A stretch of DNA of 37,218 nt, from the IMG/VR virus record IMGVR_UViG_3300020047_012036, positions 1 through 37,218 of that record; one strand, given 5' to 3'. The position numbers and the translations under genes were made by a program. Position 1 is the first letter of the stretch. Each line of letters opens with the position of its first letter. The stretch comes from a virus. Below, piece by piece: positions 17,579 to 25,563 of the stretch. Under the pieces are notes generated by a model that worked only from the letters and a program-made list of their open reading frames with translations, did not search any database and was not told the DNA's origin.

Positions 17579-17919
17579 CTGGTTTCGATTTCGATAAGCG
17601 TAAGGCCGCTAACATAATCCCTTACCAACTCTTCAGATATACACCATCCCGTGTGGTTGATGAACCTGTCAACTGACATATAATAAGCCCGGTAAAAAGT
17701 CTTTTTCACCTTCTTTGGTTCTGGCTTTTCTATTCGGAATGTTCGAGAAGGAATGAAAAATGTACGAGCATTAAGCCATTCACCCATCGAGTCTTCAAAT
17801 TCTATAGAGCCGTGTGCTATGCGAAACTCTTCACGAGCGGTGTTCCCCTCACCCGTTACAGCATACCCATCCATCATGGCCTGCACCGCTTCCGCGTGTG
17901 TTAGATTTTCGGTTTTCAT
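17557..17919 (-). CDS. Hypothetical protein, 120 aa.
   Basis: ATGA overlap with the upstream gene at 17916-17919. Confidence 0.6.
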   Translation of the reverse strand: MKTENLTHAEAVQAMMDGYAVTGEGNTAREEFRIAHGSIEFEDSMGEWLNARTFFIPSRTFRIEKPEPKKVKKTFYRAYYMSVDRFINHTGWCISEELVRDYVSGLTLIEIETRDFMVPE

Positions 17920-18338
17920 TTCTTTCCCCCTTTATCGAAATGACTTGAAAGAAACGCAAAAACCTTTTTAGCCGTCACCCAGTCCATGGTTCTCATTGAG
18001 CAGTCAAACGATATTTTTCTGCTAGGGATACATATATTTACCGCCGCATCCCCGAACATCTTTGTTTTAGTTAAAAACTTAAGTGATGATTTATCCGGTA
18101 GCTGGCCATCAATTAAAAACCATGGCACAGTTTCCCCACATTCAGTTTTATAGTAAGGTTCGTTATGGCGTGTAAAAGATACCGAAACAACTCGGTAATT
18201 TCTATCAAGCAAATGCTGCCATTGATAAAAAGAAATTTGCAAAGCTGGCTCCGACTTTTTTTCCCCGATATAATATCCATTTTTATTGCTGCGAAAGCCT
18301 TCATCGAGTAACTGTTTTTGTGTTTTTGTTTTGATCAT
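17916..18338 (-). CDS. Hypothetical protein, 140 aa.
   Basis: ATGA overlap at 18335-18338. Confidence 0.6.
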   Translation of the reverse strand: MIKTKTQKQLLDEGFRSNKNGYYIGEKKSEPALQISFYQWQHLLDRNYRVVSVSFTRHNEPYYKTECGETVPWFLIDGQLPDKSSLKFLTKTKMFGDAAVNICIPSRKISFDCSMRTMDWVTAKKVFAFLSSHFDKGGKK

Positions 18339-18541
18339 TTCTCTTCCCCAAACGTGTCTAAGATCCAGTGGGCGAATTTTAGTACTGTGTCAGGAGCCAT
18401 AGGCGCACCATAAGAAACCTCCAAATAACCTGAATCCATAACTCTCGCCACTAAATCTCCACTAGAGGAAACACGTACAACTGGACGTTCTAGTGCTTTA
18501 AAATCTTTGATAGCTTTCGCATACTCACTCGCTTTGCTCAT
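18335..18541 (-). CDS. Hypothetical protein, 68 aa.
   Basis: The internal ATG at 18541 (MSKASEYAK) forms an ATGA overlap with the stop of the membrane protein gene. Confidence 0.5.
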   Translation of the reverse strand: MSKASEYAKAIKDFKALERPVVRVSSSGDLVARVMDSGYLEVSYGAPMAPDTVLKFAHWILDTFGEEK

Positions 18542-18909
18542 TTCACTAACTCCCAGATTATCCAGTAATGTGTTAAATGATGGACCATTTGATCCTGACC
18601 TAACGCCCACCAAAAATATTTATTGTCCGGCTTCCATCGCCCTAAAATGTTAGGCGATGCTTTAACTCTATCCTGTAAAAAATGCATAATAAAATCGGCT
18701 ACGGGCAAGAACCAAACTTCTATGGAAGGCTTAAACCAAAAACAAATAGCCGCCGTAAAAAAGGCATGAACCAAAGAATGAGCGGCTAATGGTGCTACCC
18801 ACTCCCAACCGCTCTTAAACTTGCCAAGCATGTATCGTCCCTGTAAGGGAAAATCGGCTAGAAAGTGCTTGATTTGAAACAACACTAAAAGAATAAATAC
18901 TTCGATCAT
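18538..18909 (-). CDS. DUF3307-like integral membrane protein, 123 aa.
   Basis: Multiple hydrophobic helices and the KHFLADFPLQ motif. ATG at 18909 forms an ATGA overlap with the upstream stop. Confidence 0.6.
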   Translation of the reverse strand: MIEVFILLVLFQIKHFLADFPLQGRYMLGKFKSGWEWVAPLAAHSLVHAFFTAAICFWFKPSIEVWFLPVADFIMHFLQDRVKASPNILGRWKPDNKYFWWALGQDQMVHHLTHYWIIWELVK

Positions 18910-19211
18910 TTCAAACACCCCACCCGTTTCGCAGAATCATAGAGCCAATTAACAGCCTCTTGGAATGTATCAAATTTGCCGACAAGAAATGCACGATCAT
19001 ACGCAAGCGTTGCCGCAAGCATAGGATCATCGAATTGATTCTTAGCTATTTTACAACTAAAGGTTACATCCTGAGCGAACAAAGCCTTAAGACGTTCCTC
19101 TATAGTTAGCCCGTCTGTCTTTTCAAAGCACCTTTTCTCACACATATACACGTCACCCATCGGCGAACGGGTTCTAATAAGATTCGCGCCGCAGTCTGTG
19201 CAATTAGCCAT
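18906..19211 (-). CDS. Zinc-ribbon protein, 101 aa.
   Basis: CTDCGANL...CEKRC near the N-terminus. ATG at 19211. Confidence 0.55.
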   Translation of the reverse strand: MANCTDCGANLIRTRSPMGDVYMCEKRCFEKTDGLTIEERLKALFAQDVTFSCKIAKNQFDDPMLAATLAYDRAFLVGKFDTFQEAVNWLYDSAKRVGCLK

Positions 19212-19617
19212 TTTTCACCAACCCCTTAATCACTTCCATGCTCTCCTCTATAACCCGAAGGCCGCGTTCGATTTGAAGTTGATGATTCGTTGAATGTTCG
19301 TTCATCTTAAGGTAACCGTCTCCCACTTTCTTCCATTCGGCTTTAAGTTCACTGTCTATCCTAGTCAGTTCGGAGTTCACATGCTCACAGTTTTCTTTAT
19401 TTAATCGACTGATTTCATCATTCATTGCCTTGATAAATCTATTGCGCCAAGCTTCAATTAGCTCCGCTTGCGAATGAATCATTTCCTGGGTTAAGGTTAA
19501 CTTTTGTTCTAAATCACTCACCTTCACATTGACACGAACTATTTTCAGATAGCTGTACGTGCAACCCCAAATGAGCATTGTGGTGCCAATAACTAAAACC
19601 AACTCTAAGTTACTCAT
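19204..19617 (-). CDS. Membrane-anchored coiled-coil protein, 137 aa.
   Basis: ATG at 19617 forms an ATGA overlap. N-terminal TM LELVLVIGTTMLIWG followed by a long helical region. Confidence 0.55.
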   Translation of the reverse strand: MSNLELVLVIGTTMLIWGCTYSYLKIVRVNVKVSDLEQKLTLTQEMIHSQAELIEAWRNRFIKAMNDEISRLNKENCEHVNSELTRIDSELKAEWKKVGDGYLKMNEHSTNHQLQIERGLRVIEESMEVIKGLVKNG

Positions 19618-19850
19618 TCCCACCGCCGTGTGAAAAACTCACAACCAAGATAAGCCACCGCCTTGCCCGCATACATACCCGGGCTTATCAGTGAGGCTAT
19701 ATTCCTTGGCTTAAATATATCCTCCCGTATGCCCTTGCATGTTTTATTACCATTTTCATAAGCATCGCCAGAAACACCTATCCCGATCAAGAATGCGGTG
19801 GCCTGGCAAAATAAAAATATAGGCAAAATAATTGAAACAATATCTTTCAT
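19614..19850 (-). CDS. Small membrane protein, 78 aa.
   Basis: ATGA overlap at 19847-19850. N-terminal hydrophobic segment IVSIILPIFLFCQATAFLIGIGV. Confidence 0.55.
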   Translation of the reverse strand: MKDIVSIILPIFLFCQATAFLIGIGVSGDAYENGNKTCKGIREDIFKPRNIASLISPGMYAGKAVAYLGCEFFTRRWE

Positions 19851-20152
19851 TTCCTGCCCTCATCCGTTGCGCATAAGTCCCGGACTGTGAGGGAGGACAT
19901 AGCTACGCCTTGCTCTAAAAACTCCCGAAGCAGCATCTTCTTATGCTCGGCGCAAGTCGGCATACTCAACCAAGACCACCCCTCTATTCTTACGGTTGCA
20001 GGCTCATCACAAAGGATACACCGGACCTCGGGCTTAGGCGGGCGACCCATCGCTCGTATCATCCGGACCAGGTCGGCTCGACAGTAAAGCGATTCATCGT
20101 CAAGTCCGTCGTTTTCCGGTGTTAGCTCGTAGCCGCATTTAGGGCATTTCAT
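19847..20152 (-). CDS. Zinc-ribbon protein, 101 aa.
   Basis: MKCPKCGY...CILCDE...CAEH. Confidence 0.55.
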   Translation of the reverse strand: MKCPKCGYELTPENDGLDDESLYCRADLVRMIRAMGRPPKPEVRCILCDEPATVRIEGWSWLSMPTCAEHKKMLLREFLEQGVAMSSLTVRDLCATDEGRK

Positions 20153-20307
20153 TCTTTCACCTCAAGGAATTCCTGCCAATCTTTTAAGTAAAATCGTTCT
20201 TTTCTATTCTCTATCTTTACTCTGAGTGCTTCTAGTTCTTCCGGTGTCGTCAATCCGGCGCGGATCAAAATGCACCCAATGATATAATTAATGTTAACTT
20301 GACTCAT
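20149..20307 (-). CDS. Small ORF of 52 aa that is not in the supplied track.
   Basis: Hand translation: MSQVNINYIIGCILIRAGLTTPEELEALRVKIENRKERFYLKDWQEFLEVKE. The ATG at 20307 lies inside the end of the upstream gene. The stop forms an ATGA overlap with the next gene and fills an otherwise empty 140 nt gap. Confidence 0.45.
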   Translation of the reverse strand: MSQVNINYIIGCILIRAGLTTPEELEALRVKIENRKERFYLKDWQEFLEVKE

Positions 20308-20686
20308 TTTCCCGCTCCTTATACCGCTTAATAAAAGTCTCAGCTAAATCGATTGCCCGGTTAGCCGCCTCCGAGTAATCCATGGTGTTATGAATGTCTT
20401 TGAATATCATAGCCGCGGTATCAATTTTTTTGTGCTTGAGGCTAACTTCAACATTACCACCCACGATTTCTGTAACGGCGTCCCTAATTCTTTTTAGACG
20501 CTCAACTTCCCCGTCGATAAATCTCTGCTCAAAATCTCGCGCTTTATTGAAATTTCTCTCATTAATTTCATCAGCCTTTTTCTGCCAACTCGTAAACTGG
20601 CTTCTGTGAGCGCTCCAGTTTGCTTGGTTGATTTCCTCAAACCTTTTTAAAAACTTTGACAACAACCAGTTTTCCAAAAACTCCAT
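20294..20686 (-). CDS. Hypothetical coiled-coil protein, 130 aa.
   Basis: ATG at 20686 preceded by TTTTTTATTTGGAGAAAAATAA. Confidence 0.6.
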   Translation of the reverse strand: MEFLENWLLSKFLKRFEEINQANWSAHRSQFTSWQKKADEINERNFNKARDFEQRFIDGEVERLKRIRDAVTEIVGGNVEVSLKHKKIDTAAMIFKDIHNTMDYSEAANRAIDLAETFIKRYKERENESS

Positions 20687-20698
20687 TTATTTTTCTCC

Positions 20699-20741
20699 AA
20701 ATAAAAAAGGCACAGAGCCAATCCCTGGCATCCATGCCTTT
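20699..20741 (-). terminator. Putative intrinsic terminator.
   Basis: On the minus strand, AAAGGCA ... TGCCTTT followed by TTTAT. Sits just after the stop at 20756 and runs straight into the next RBS. Confidence 0.45.
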
Positions 20742-20755
20742 AATTCATCCGCACA

Positions 20756-21037
20756 TCATTTGCGGCGTTTTTTTATGCCTTCAATTTCAAGAAAACGCAA
20801 CCGAGATTCATGGTCGCGCTGGTTTTCTTTGACCTGTTTTAGACTCTCGTTAAACGAAACAAGTTCGTAACGAATTTGCCGAATGTCCTCCGCGGTTTGC
20901 TGAACGAATTTTGCGACATAACCCCCAATTCCGATGGCCACGGTCAACAGCGCGTTGCGCGATTTGACGCCGGTGGCCGCCTGGATAATCTGGGTGATGG
21001 GATCGCTCTGCCCTTTTGGTTGGTTATCAAGTGCCAC
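20756..21037 (-). CDS. Membrane-associated coiled-coil protein, 93 aa.
   Basis: Hydrophobic stretch LLTVAIGIGGYVAKFV. GTG start at 21037, so the start is uncertain. Confidence 0.45.
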   Translation of the reverse strand: MALDNQPKGQSDPITQIIQAATGVKSRNALLTVAIGIGGYVAKFVQQTAEDIRQIRYELVSFNESLKQVKENQRDHESRLRFLEIEGIKKRRK

Positions 21038-21102
21038 GCTTTTTCCCGCAATGCTTGCAGACTTCGATCGCTATGGTGTTATTTAGTAGGTAAACGTAAC
21101 CA

Positions 21103-21525
21103 TCATGCTGGAACCGATGGCCACAGGTCCTCTGCTTCAGCAGCTTCCAAAAAAAGTCGACAATCGTCGACAGAGCAGGCAATGAAGGCAATGCCGCCGG
21201 ATGCTCTAAATTTGTCGAGAAATGCCACCTGGAATTCATTTGGTTTTCCTTTTCTTGTTTTAACTTCGATGGCCAGGGGACGCCCTTGATATATCCCCAA
21301 TATGTCAGCCACCCCTTTTAACGCACCTGCCCCTGTGAGAGAGCGAAATACCTTTTTCCGCGGGTCATATACCCCGGTTGTGTGATTGCGCCAACAGAAT
21401 ACTTTTTTAGCTAAAAGATATTCTAAGATAGCTCTTTGAATGTCTGATTCCTTCTCAGTCTTCAGCTTCAGGAGCGTCGGATTTTTTTGCTTTGTCAAGT
21501 TTTTCACTATGAAAGCCCGATTCAT
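21103..21525 (-). CDS. VRR-NUC domain nuclease.
   Basis: ILEYL...GVADILGIYQGRPLAIEVKTRKGKPNEFQ matches the PD-(D/E)xK VRR-NUC core (D...E-x-K). The start is uncertain: ATG at 21525 or GTG at 21570. Both lack a clear SD and overlap the lipoprotein gene. Confidence 0.65.
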   Translation of the reverse strand: MNRAFIVKNLTKQKNPTLLKLKTEKESDIQRAILEYLLAKKVFCWRNHTTGVYDPRKKVFRSLTGAGALKGVADILGIYQGRPLAIEVKTRKGKPNEFQVAFLDKFRASGGIAFIACSVDDCRLFLEAAEAEDLWPSVPA

Positions 21526-21712
21526 AATCAATATTTGTGTTATTTTTGCATATGCACGATTTTTTGTCACCTAATAGCGTTTTGCCAGCCGCCCCGAGGC
21601 CGCCATATTGCTTGCAAGCGTTGGTGCAAAATTCAAATTGGGACGGCGATAGGTAAGTATCCGGCATCAGTGATGCGCAGCCAGTTAAAAACAAACAGAA
21701 AACAACTCTCAT
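21455..21712 (-). CDS. Small Cys-rich lipoprotein, 85 aa.
   Basis: MRVVFCLFLTGC lipobox. ATGA overlap with the HNH gene stop. Confidence 0.6.
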   Translation of the reverse strand: MRVVFCLFLTGCASLMPDTYLSPSQFEFCTNACKQYGGLGAAGKTLLGDKKSCICKNNTNIDYESGFHSEKLDKAKKSDAPEAED

Positions 21713-22071
21713 TTCTTTAAAACTCCAAGTCTTGCGAGAAACAATTTTTCATGCCAATCCTGAGCGTCCTTTCGAACCTCGAAATTAAAATCCCGGTAAT
21801 CCCCCAAGTGGCCGAAAAACTGATGGCATGTGACACCATATTTTTTAGCTTCGCAAAGGGTCATCAAGTTAGATTCCCTAAGTTCGAGGGATGGGTCAAC
21901 ATGAAATGGGATAACATGGTGGACCTCAATTTTCTTGTTGCCACCACACATCGCGCACGTCGGGTGCTTTTTCAAATAGGCCTTACGGACCGTCGGCCAC
22001 TGCTTTGATCGCTTCATGCCACTCGGAACCCTGTTTTGCAGCCGATCCTTAATTTTCGACAAAAGGCCCAT
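21709..22071 (-). CDS. HNH endonuclease, 120 aa.
   Basis: CAMCGGNKKIEVHHVIPF...NLMTLC...CH matches the HNH signature. Confidence 0.8.
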   Translation of the reverse strand: MGLLSKIKDRLQNRVPSGMKRSKQWPTVRKAYLKKHPTCAMCGGNKKIEVHHVIPFHVDPSLELRESNLMTLCEAKKYGVTCHQFFGHLGDYRDFNFEVRKDAQDWHEKLFLARLGVLKK

Positions 22072-22270
22072 ATTTTTCGTTGCTCCTGTGATAGGTTTTC
22101 GGGCCGTTTATCGGCTCGAAGTTTGCGCGAAACCAGTCATCTGCAACTATTATACATCGGGTTGATAGGGGGCAGGGGTCCATAAGCGCCCAAGTCCCAT
22201 CGGAAAGCCTTTCGGCCTCCCAATATTGGAATTTTGCTTTGAAAATGGTGGGATTTTTATTATCCCTCAC
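22049..22270 (-). CDS. Hypothetical protein, 73 aa.
   Basis: ATGA-type overlap with the upstream large gene at 22267-22270. Confidence 0.5.
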   Translation of the reverse strand: MRDNKNPTIFKAKFQYWEAERLSDGTWALMDPCPLSTRCIIVADDWFRANFEPINGPKTYHRSNEKYGPFVEN

Positions 22271-24294
22271 TGATCAAGCCGATCAACAAAAAGGCGCATT
22301 TCATCAATGATAATTGGAGTTAACTCAATCAGTTTGGTCAGATTTATCACGCCGCCATCAGTCAAAAGCGGGGATAACTGAGCCCTGAGAATTTCCGACT
22401 GCTCGATACGTCGTTTGCATTCCTCTACCGGCAGAATCACCCGGGCGCAAAACTTGTTGATGTCAGCGTCGATCCTGAGGTCATCTGTGACCACGTTAAT
22501 GGGGTCATCCTCGACAAGGCTCACGCCAATTTCGCCCCATTTTTTCGAGACTTTGTTGTTGTCGTTTTTGAAGACCGTTTCATTGATGTCGTTTGTTTTA
22601 AAAAATATCTCGACCAACTCCCGGTCGCGGGCATCGAGCGCCCCAACTGTTACGCCGTTCCGCCCGGGGCCGCCTGGTTTGTCGCTGCCGCATTTGATGA
22701 CGTGACCGAATTCGTTATAGCATTTGTTGGGGTCCCGCTGGTTTTCGCAGGTAATGCCGTTACCCCAACGGTCCCGACATACCCCGGGCTGGTCCACTGG
22801 AGTCACGACAACCGGATCGGGGCATTTTATCTCGCGGCGGTAATCGTCGTAGCATTTGTTGGGGTCCACCGTCACTTCGCAGGACCGCCCAATGCAAATC
22901 GGTTTTCGTCCGGTGCCTGCCGGTGCGAATGCAGTTTCTAAGCTTTGGGCCTTAAGAAAAGAAAACCCCGCACTATTCCTGACCGCGTCTTTTGCAGCTA
23001 TAATCCCTTCATTATGGCACCGGGAACACTCACGGGCATTCCTGACGGTGGGGTCAAGTCTTTTGCCAGCCGCTTTAGTGTTGACCACAACGTCAAGGGG
23101 GGCAAAATCCTGCCGCACACCCTGATTATTGAACAAAGCGTAAACAAAAAACCCGTTTTTCTGCTGGCATATCCATTCGCTAGCCGAGGAAAAAAAAACT
23201 CGCTGGCTGCCGGTTTGGGGTGTTAGGGGAAATAGGGTCACATCGGTGGCCGGGTTATTTAGGTCATTGACTGAGTTGTCGTAAGTCACCCAACAAAAAC
23301 CCTCATCCCCCTCCAGCCGCTCAATTAGGCGATCCTTGTCCTCCGGGGAAATTTCCGATTGTTGAACCCCGATAAGGTGTGCCTCGAATTCGTCGTAGTT
23401 TTCCTGATGGTCGACTTCCACTAGGTTTAAAAAGCCGTTCAGATTATTGGGGATGCGCTTTAGCTTCGAGTAAACCGGATCCGAATGGGACACGTTCAAA
23501 AAATTGTCAAGATGGATCCAAGGCCGTCGCGCCCCGGTCAGGGCCTTGATAGTTTCCCCCTTGGTGGTTTTGCTTTCGAATTTGAAGGGGTCGGCGTTTA
23601 CCACCACCTCCCAGTCGTCTTTTGTCAAGTCGAGGTCGCCTAATTCAAGCGCGTAAACCCCGCCCCCAATGGCGATGGGGGAAAACAGCTCGCGGTCGTT
23701 TGAGATTTGATTGAGGCCTTTACCGGCAGCCCCGGCCACGGCCTTTATCGGAACTTCAGTGGCGGCATTATTAATGTGGTTGGTACCAATTAAAAACCGG
23801 GTGTTCACCCGGCCATCTTTGTCCTGCTGCTCCAAAAATTGAAGCATTATCGTTTCGATGTCATCGAAGGTAAAGTACCCACCCTCCCCCGATCCGGTGC
23901 CGTTGCAGGTTTTTCTAAATCCTTCGTTAACCCAAGTTTGAAAAGCTTGCTTGTCGGTTTCGTTCAAAAACAGGCCGCTGTTTTGGGGGGGCATTACTGA
24001 GCCGCTGGCCCCAAAAATCCGCCTGATCCCGTTTTTACCGCCTTTTTCCACTGGCTGGAGGAAATTTACCGCCCCATCGTACTGAGCCATGGCGCTGTGG
24101 CACCCGGCGCAGTTTTTGTCCACCAAGGGCTTGATGGTTTTATCCCACGCCACTTGATTTTCGCATAGGTCGGGTTGAACTGGCCCGTCAGGGCCTCCAT
24201 TTTCGATGATGGTGGTCTTTTCGGTCTTACCCCCACAGGATACCGCCCCCCAAACCATTAACACGCTCAGAATCGCTAAAATCGCCTTTCTCAT
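22267..24294 (-). CDS. Large secreted lipoprotein with two CxxCH motifs (cytochrome c-like, PSCyt-type N-terminal domain) and a Cys-rich tandem repeat, about 675 aa.
   Basis: MRKAILAILSVLMVWGAVSCGG lipobox. NCAGCHS...SVMPP...FQTWVNEG resembles my recollection of the planctomycete cytochrome C domain. A second ECSRCHNEG is present. Repeats DPNKCYDDYRREIKC and DPNKCYNEFGHVIKC. Alternative start: ATG at 24360, forming an ATGA overlap with the HNH stop. Confidence 0.6.
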   Translation of the reverse strand: MRKAILAILSVLMVWGAVSCGGKTEKTTIIENGGPDGPVQPDLCENQVAWDKTIKPLVDKNCAGCHSAMAQYDGAVNFLQPVEKGGKNGIRRIFGASGSVMPPQNSGLFLNETDKQAFQTWVNEGFRKTCNGTGSGEGGYFTFDDIETIMLQFLEQQDKDGRVNTRFLIGTNHINNAATEVPIKAVAGAAGKGLNQISNDRELFSPIAIGGGVYALELGDLDLTKDDWEVVVNADPFKFESKTTKGETIKALTGARRPWIHLDNFLNVSHSDPVYSKLKRIPNNLNGFLNLVEVDHQENYDEFEAHLIGVQQSEISPEDKDRLIERLEGDEGFCWVTYDNSVNDLNNPATDVTLFPLTPQTGSQRVFFSSASEWICQQKNGFFVYALFNNQGVRQDFAPLDVVVNTKAAGKRLDPTVRNARECSRCHNEGIIAAKDAVRNSAGFSFLKAQSLETAFAPAGTGRKPICIGRSCEVTVDPNKCYDDYRREIKCPDPVVVTPVDQPGVCRDRWGNGITCENQRDPNKCYNEFGHVIKCGSDKPGGPGRNGVTVGALDARDRELVEIFFKTNDINETVFKNDNNKVSKKWGEIGVSLVEDDPINVVTDDLRIDADINKFCARVILPVEECKRRIEQSEILRAQLSPLLTDGGVINLTKLIELTPIIIDEMRLFVDRLDQ

Positions 24295-24356
24295 AATTTG
24301 CCGCCCCTTTCGTATGCCTTGCGCCGCATCGTTAAAACTCCAGATTTGTGTTTGGG

Positions 24357-24758
24357 TCATTTTCGTTTCTTTTTTTCTTTTAGGCAATCCTTTTTCCCCC
24401 AGTTCCTTTTGTATGAATCTTCGAGCATCCTTATGCGCTTACTCAATTCCTTAGCCTCCTTTTTTGCATTTTGAATTTTAACCAAAACCTCCGACTTTTT
24501 CTGCTCATCAAGGACAATTAAGTCTTCGATGTATTTTCTTGCAAATACCACCCCCTGCGACCTTTGAAGTCGGTAGATTCGCGCCGACATCCCATAAGGA
24601 ACCGCAATCAGATTTGAAATCTCGTTATTTGTCTTGACCCCATCAATATGGTGAACAATCCAACCCGACTTGATCGGGCCATATGCCTCCTCGTAAACAA
24701 CTCGGTGCAAGTATTTTCCATCATCAAGCCAGTATCCGTTCTCCGCCATTCTGAGCAT
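24357..24758 (-). CDS. HNH homing-type endonuclease, 133 aa.
   Basis: Strong SD AAGGAGAGCT before the ATG. WIVHHIDGVKTNNEISNLIAV matches the HNH_3 pattern. Lys-rich C-terminus. Confidence 0.8.
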   Translation of the reverse strand: MLRMAENGYWLDDGKYLHRVVYEEAYGPIKSGWIVHHIDGVKTNNEISNLIAVPYGMSARIYRLQRSQGVVFARKYIEDLIVLDEQKKSEVLVKIQNAKKEAKELSKRIRMLEDSYKRNWGKKDCLKEKKKRK

Positions 24759-25304
24759 AGCTCTCCTTTTGACTGCTTTCCTGTCTCCCTACCGGAGGGA
24801 AGAAAAGCGCCCCGCGTGCATATGTGGCCTCAATTGAATCCCAGGGAATTGGGTTATCCTCTGCGTCTCAACAGAGGGTCCGGCTATAGGTGCGTCCGGC
24901 TCCATGAACAATGACAGGGTTCTTAGTGGCAAAGTCCGACAAAAACCACCGGAGTGTTTATCCTCCTAAACCGTCATCCCTAGAAAACTCTCTCGGGTGA
25001 AAAACAAGCTACCAGGGCAACCATAAAACAGAACGGTGTCGATGTCGGTCGTCGCTGCGACAGGTCTGGCATCCGGTAACTCGCTACGCCCCTTTCGGGT
25101 GATCAATGGACGATTTCCCATGCTGTAGCCTTTTGTTTGAAACCCAAAGGCAGTCAAACGGGTTACGACCTGAATTCTGAACCCAATCAATGTCGAAGTT
25201 ACACTGGGGAACGGTTTTCAGTTGTATCGGGAAGTAAAATGCAGGATAAAGGGGAAAGCGGTTTTGCCGCCTTTGGTTTATCATTGTCGTGATACTCCAT
25301 CGAT

Positions 25305-25336
25305 AGCCGGGAGTCGCGTCCCGGCTTTTCTTTTTA
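25305..25336 (+). terminator. Rho-independent terminator oriented on the plus strand.
   Basis: Perfect 8 bp stem AGCCGGGA gtcgcg TCCCGGCT followed by TTTCTTTTT. On the minus strand no U tract follows the hairpin. Confidence 0.6.
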
Positions 25337-25454
25337 TGGCGGAAATTACTGATTTTGGAAACCTCATTTTTTTCTCTTTACCTTTTTCCGGGGGTAAGGC
25401 AAAACGGGGGTTCTTATTAATCGCCCCTTTTCGGAGGCCCCGAAAAATCGATGT

Positions 25455-25490
25455 AAGAAGAAAAAGCCCTTGAGTGAAGTCCGGGGCTTT
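25455..25490 (-). terminator. Putative terminator downstream of the protease gene.
   Basis: AGCCC...GGGCT stem flanked by an A run and a T run, so it could act bidirectionally. Lies about 75 nt after the stop at 25564. Confidence 0.45.
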
Positions 25491-25563
25491 TTTATTTGGA
25501 AAGAAAATTGCCCCGCCCCCAATCGAGGGAAGGGCTGAAGTTGTCTTAGAGGCCTACCGGTTA

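Noticed and set aside
17557-17919. Possible DUF2829/Tad2-like anti-defence protein, suggested by the N-terminus LTHAEAVQAMMDGYAV.
   Set aside because: The resemblance is limited to a few residues and lacks the conserved Trp-containing segment I would expect. It is too weak to call without a profile search.
21027-21239. 70 aa ORF with a C-terminal CxxH...CxxC zinc-ribbon-like end.
   Set aside because: Most of it lies inside the VRR-NUC gene in another frame. The zinc-ribbon part has no ATG, GTG or TTG start with an SD after the nuclease stop. A very short non-canonical gene cannot be fully excluded.
24880-25050. RNase P RNA-like strings on the plus strand: GTCCGGCTCCATGAAC...CAGGGT, GGCAAAGTCCGAC, GGGTGAAAA, ACAGAAC.
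   Set aside because: Order and spacing do not fit the RNase P architecture: the GGGTGAAA-like and ACAGAAC-like strings are only about 30 nt apart. I also could not form a convincing P4 pairing. I treat this as chance similarity unless a covariance model says otherwise.
24357-25563. Group I intron carrying the HNH ORF.
   Set aside because: The flanking minus-strand genes are complete on their own. The protease ends with a normal C-terminus, and the downstream lipoprotein has its own signal peptide. There are therefore no exons to join, and I did not see group I core elements.
24759-25563. Retron or diversity-generating retroelement non-coding RNA.
   Set aside because: No reverse transcriptase gene exists anywhere in the genome, and no template/variable repeat pair was seen.
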